Positions 60,070 to 64,000 of a DNA stretch of 64,000 nucleotides are shown one piece after another. How positions within the stretch are numbered: position 1 is the first letter of the stretch; the number at the start of each line of letters is the position of its first letter. The position numbers and the translations under genes were made by a program. Source of the DNA: Takakia lepidozioides (taxonomy: Eukaryota > Plantae > Bryophyta); contig CM060732.1 in NCBI GenBank assembly GCA_030704615.1, positions 60,946,001-61,010,000 on the forward strand, written 5' to 3'. Under the pieces are notes generated by a model, which was not told the DNA's origin, ran no database searches, and saw only the letters and a list, made by a program, of their open reading frames with translations.

Positions 60070-63000
60070 TAAATTTTGTCTCTTGGTTTTGGACATTGAG
60101 CCCTGTAAGGGCAGGTTTCATAGTGAAGCTCAAGTGGTTTCATTGAAGTACCCTAGTTATTCTTCTGGTTTAGGCCTACCACCAAGCTGGCATATTTAAA
60201 GCTTGCAGACATTTTGAGGAAATGAACTTCATATGATTGGTGTTGGTCATCCACCAATTTACAGCTAGTATTGAACATTATTGTCATGAGGGAAATCAGA
60301 TTTGGGTTTCCACTTCTTCGCTGCCATGGCGGATGTAACCTGCGAGACAGCAGAAGCCTTGTCCTCTGGCCCGAATGAGCAGTGGTACCTACAACAGAAA
60401 GAACCTTGCATTAATGGAATAAAAGGGGGGAGCGCCTTAAAGAGTTCTGGACAATCGCTGGGGGCATGCAATTGGGATAGTACTACTGCATACAAACTTG
60501 AAAGCAAAGACGAAGACACAATCCTTCAACCCTTAACAGCACTGTTACACCCGAACAGGTAAATGAGACAGTGCTCGCAGCAAATTACAATGTACAGTCA
60601 GGTATGCTTCCATGAGTACCCCATGTTCCCAGATGCAAATTTATGAGAGGATCATGCAGCCATGCATAAATGGAGTTCATGACGAAATAGACGTGGGCAG
60701 TACACATGCCTGTGAATACAAGGAAACTGCACATTCGGTTAGATGGCAACACACAAATAAGTGTTTGTAGGAGAATCGCAGCTTCTGAGATGGAGGTTTC
60801 TGGAAAGGTCGTGCAGGCATCTATGGATGGACGATGTGAGCTACGTAGTTTCACCCTCAGTAGAATTCTGAATCTCTGCTATAATCAAGACAAGAAAAGT
60901 CAAGGCTGCTTAAGGCAAGGTTTTACACGAGTCTTTTACCAGTGGTGGATTCCAACAAGGTTTCCTGAAAGAGATGCACTCACTCACTCACCAAAGACAT
61001 GTCCACCCTGCTAACTCAGATCTATCATCCCAATCTCATACTTAATCGGAAGGAAGCCCACCTTCTACAAAGGACCGAAGTCCATGCAGTCCATCCAGTT
61101 TCAGTTTTGTGAAAGTCACCAGTGGTACAGATTTCAACCTATGTCTTGAAGAGGTCAGCGATGGCTCCCAACTAGACAACTATATATCTCTCAATGGATT
61201 GCAACACCTATTCTACTCATGCTGTAAATGTGACAAATTGGGGCGGTTGACAGCTGAAGTGGAATTGGATTGTGTGAGCCTGGATTTCAGATTTCAGATT
61301 TTAGTTCTGAACAGATTTGAAAGAGCCTTGCTTTGGTTGTCAAGCTCTACTGTCAAGCTCTACCCTAGAACCATCCGCACTACCACCCGTGGCGTCGGAT
61401 GTCGTGGAAGACATGCTCCTGTCCCGAGGATCCAGCGGAGAGAGAATGTCTAGCAGGTAGAGCCCACAGCTCTATGATGGTGATCGAGAGAGAGAAAGAG
61501 TATGGAATTGAAGGGCCCACACCCCGTGATCGAGAGAGAGACAAAGAATTCAAAAGATAGATATAAATCCCAAAATTGTTATAATCAATTGGTTTAAATC
61601 AAATCCAACTTCGTCAATGAGGGTATTGTGGTTTCTATTAATTAATTGATTCGTGTTGGCTGTTTTTTTTTGGGGGCCTGCCTTTGCAGAGCCCACTATT
61701 TACTAATTTAGTAAGTAGTAGCTCCCTTATATAGCTCTTAGGGCGGTGGACCCTTCTAGAAGGCCCTCTACACATGTCAACCCTGCAAGACTCCTTATTC
61801 TAAATTTGGCCAATTCCTCCCTTCTTTTTTTTGACCCCCTCATCTCATTCCTTAATACATGTGGCCTTCCTCTTCCTACATAAGCGGCCCACTCTAATTC
61901 CTGGGCCACAGTAATTCCTGGACCACTCTAGAATCAGGGCCCGAAAACTGCTCTACATATCTCATTTTTTACAATGTTGGCACTACCTTCACGAAGGTAG
62001 TCACACACGGAACAATCTAAGGCCCCGGCCGCACCTGGCCGCTAAGCTAGTTAGCAACCGTTAGTTGCGAGGTGACGGCCGCATATGCAAGGTTGTGGAT
62101 CCCCTTAGTTAGCGTCACTCTAGCAACCATTAAAAAATGCTCATGGAATTTTTGACATTTAACAGGTCATCATCCGTAGTGCTAAATATCGGTCACCTGC
62201 TAAAACACGGGCAGTGCCCACCATTGTACATGCGCCAGAGCTGTATCCTTCCGAGGGCGTCGAGTGGATCAAAATGGATCAGTGCGATGGTCTTCTCGTC
62301 GTTAGAAAAGTACATGGAAGTCGCAGATGGTTAAGTGCACTGAGTGCTACCCAGATGATTCTGGGGTCAAATCTTGCTACTGGCGGGTGTGGTATGGTTC
62401 CTGGGCGGTGTCCCACTCATTCGCGTCCATGGCGCATAAATGAAAGAGGTTATTTTCTCCTCTCACTACTAAGGGGCCTGATTTGTGAGCTGTCGCTCCC
62501 AGGTGTTTCCCTTTTTAATAAATAATAATAATAATAATAATGAATTGCTATTCAACTTACAGCCATGCACTGCATTTTCTTTGTTGGGGAGCTATTGACA
62601 GATGAAATGGCGGCCCACAAATATTTTTGGTATATGATGGACCCATGGTGGAAGGATGGGAAGGTGGAGGCTCCATTCTTCTTTTCTTTCAGTCATGCCG
62701 CTGCACAAATCATGCATACATCCTTGCCTTGCTGCTAGCAGCTGACAATGACAGCCTAGAATTGTAACAATGGACAAGGGGCCTGGATGACTCATACAAA
62801 ACTTTAAAATTTAAAATTGTGGAGTGATTATATTGTAGATTGGTACGTTGGGAGTGAGAGCTGTGACTGTGAAGCAACCGGCAAAGGGCTTGCATTGCGT
62901 CCGCCCACCGGGGTCTGTGGGTGCGAGACACAGATGTGGTGATCATCCTGCCCATCTCAGAACCAAACCGATGTACAGCAAGAGCTGAGAGCTAGTAGGA

Positions 63001-63379
63001 AAGATTCTGCTTTTCGAGTATGAGAGCCTGCGTTTCTATATTCATCAGCGGTGAAGGTTGAGAAATACAATTGAGACAAGATGAGATGCAGTGAATTAGG
63101 CATGACGAGTTTCCCGGCGTACAACTTCGGGGGTTGACACTTCTGCAACATTGGAACTCCTAGTAGCAAATAGAAAAGAAACAAGAAAGGGTTTCATCAG
63201 GCTCAGCATTCTGTTTACAACAGACTTGGAAATTAAATTAGATTGTTCAAGACTTCATCATGTTTGCAAGAGCGAGACCTTCACAGTACAAGATCAAACC
63301 CCCAAGCCTTAGAATAGGACTACTCATAGATATAGAAAAATGCAGCAGAACGATCCCCCGAGATTTGTAAGCTGCGAAG

Positions 63380-63616
63380 ATGGAGTATTTTGCTACAATT
63401 GTGGATTTCCAGCCTATAATCGTCGGAGCAGGATGTCTTGCTCTCGGTTATGTGTATGGCCGACACCAGCGATCTTTGCACCCAGTACGGCCCGAAGCAG
63501 AAGGAACTCGCTGCTGTAGCCAGGAGGCAATCGGCAATAGTTGTAGCCCTTGTCAAGCAATGAGCACTAATGGCGTTGAGCATTTGGCAACGGGGGATCA
63601 AGCAAAATTGCATACG
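63380..63616 (+). CDS. Possible first exon of a membrane-anchored protein (resembles the plant peptidyl-tRNA hydrolase 2 N-terminus)
   Basis: MEYFATIVDFQPIIVGAGCLALGYVYG hydrophobic N-terminus, followed by a strong gtgagt donor. No catalytic domain is visible in the window. Confidence 0.3.
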
Positions 63617-64000
63617 GTGAGTTTTGCGCACTTGTAGGGTTGGGTTACCGTGCCGAGAGTCTCAGACTGTAATCTAGGGCCCAGCGTAAGGATCGAAGCA
63701 TGATGAACAGAGATCTAGGAAACTCAGAAGGAATACAGGCAGAAACCATGTCCAGGATTACGGAACGTGGACAGAGCGACAGAGAAAAAGGCACCGTAAA
63801 AAGGAGAGAGAAGTTAAAGCTACAGCTAAAGTATGTTGTTTAACGTCCAGGCAGAGAGAGAGAGATCAGTGGCTCCGAACGCATGCTTTGGGGACGGTCT
63901 TCTATTCTCGTGTCCTTTTGTAACGTCCACAGGTTAGTGAACTGCCTGTAGAGAATGCCCTAGAAATTGCCATAAAGAGTCTCGGCGCCTTCACCACTCT

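Noticed and set aside
61040-61170. LRR-like stretch (LKLDGLHGLRSFVEGGLPS) on the minus strand
   Set aside because: Too short, flanked by stops, and no NB-ARC or further repeats.

Overview
Eukaryotic, intron-containing nuclear DNA from a land plant. A seed-free lineage with organellar RNA editing is likely (inferred from gene content only). Host genes: an intronless F-box gene, a PLS-class PPR gene whose E2/E+/DYW tail is decaying, a 2-exon BTB/POZ gene, two tandem 'Soloist' (At4g13040-like) AP2 modules, and a 9-exon CSLA mannan synthase with one apparent frameshift. The rest is a dense graveyard of diverse transposons: piggyBac, Ty1/copia ends, two related PIF/Harbinger copies, a 4-bp-TSD (Sola-like) MITE, two unrelated CACTA/EnSpm-like elements, a MULE/SWIM transposase, LINE tails and several MITE or hairpin repeats. 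There is also a plastid-like trnR-ACG. The most unusual item is the CACTA element at about 47.5-54.8 kb. Its transposase first exon lies on the opposite strand to the rest of the gene, between imperfect inverted repeats, and flipping it restores an in-phase GT-AG splice. Its TnpA-like gene also carries an in-frame FCP1/NIF (CTD-phosphatase-like) domain. All family calls come from motif recognition by eye; no searches were run.
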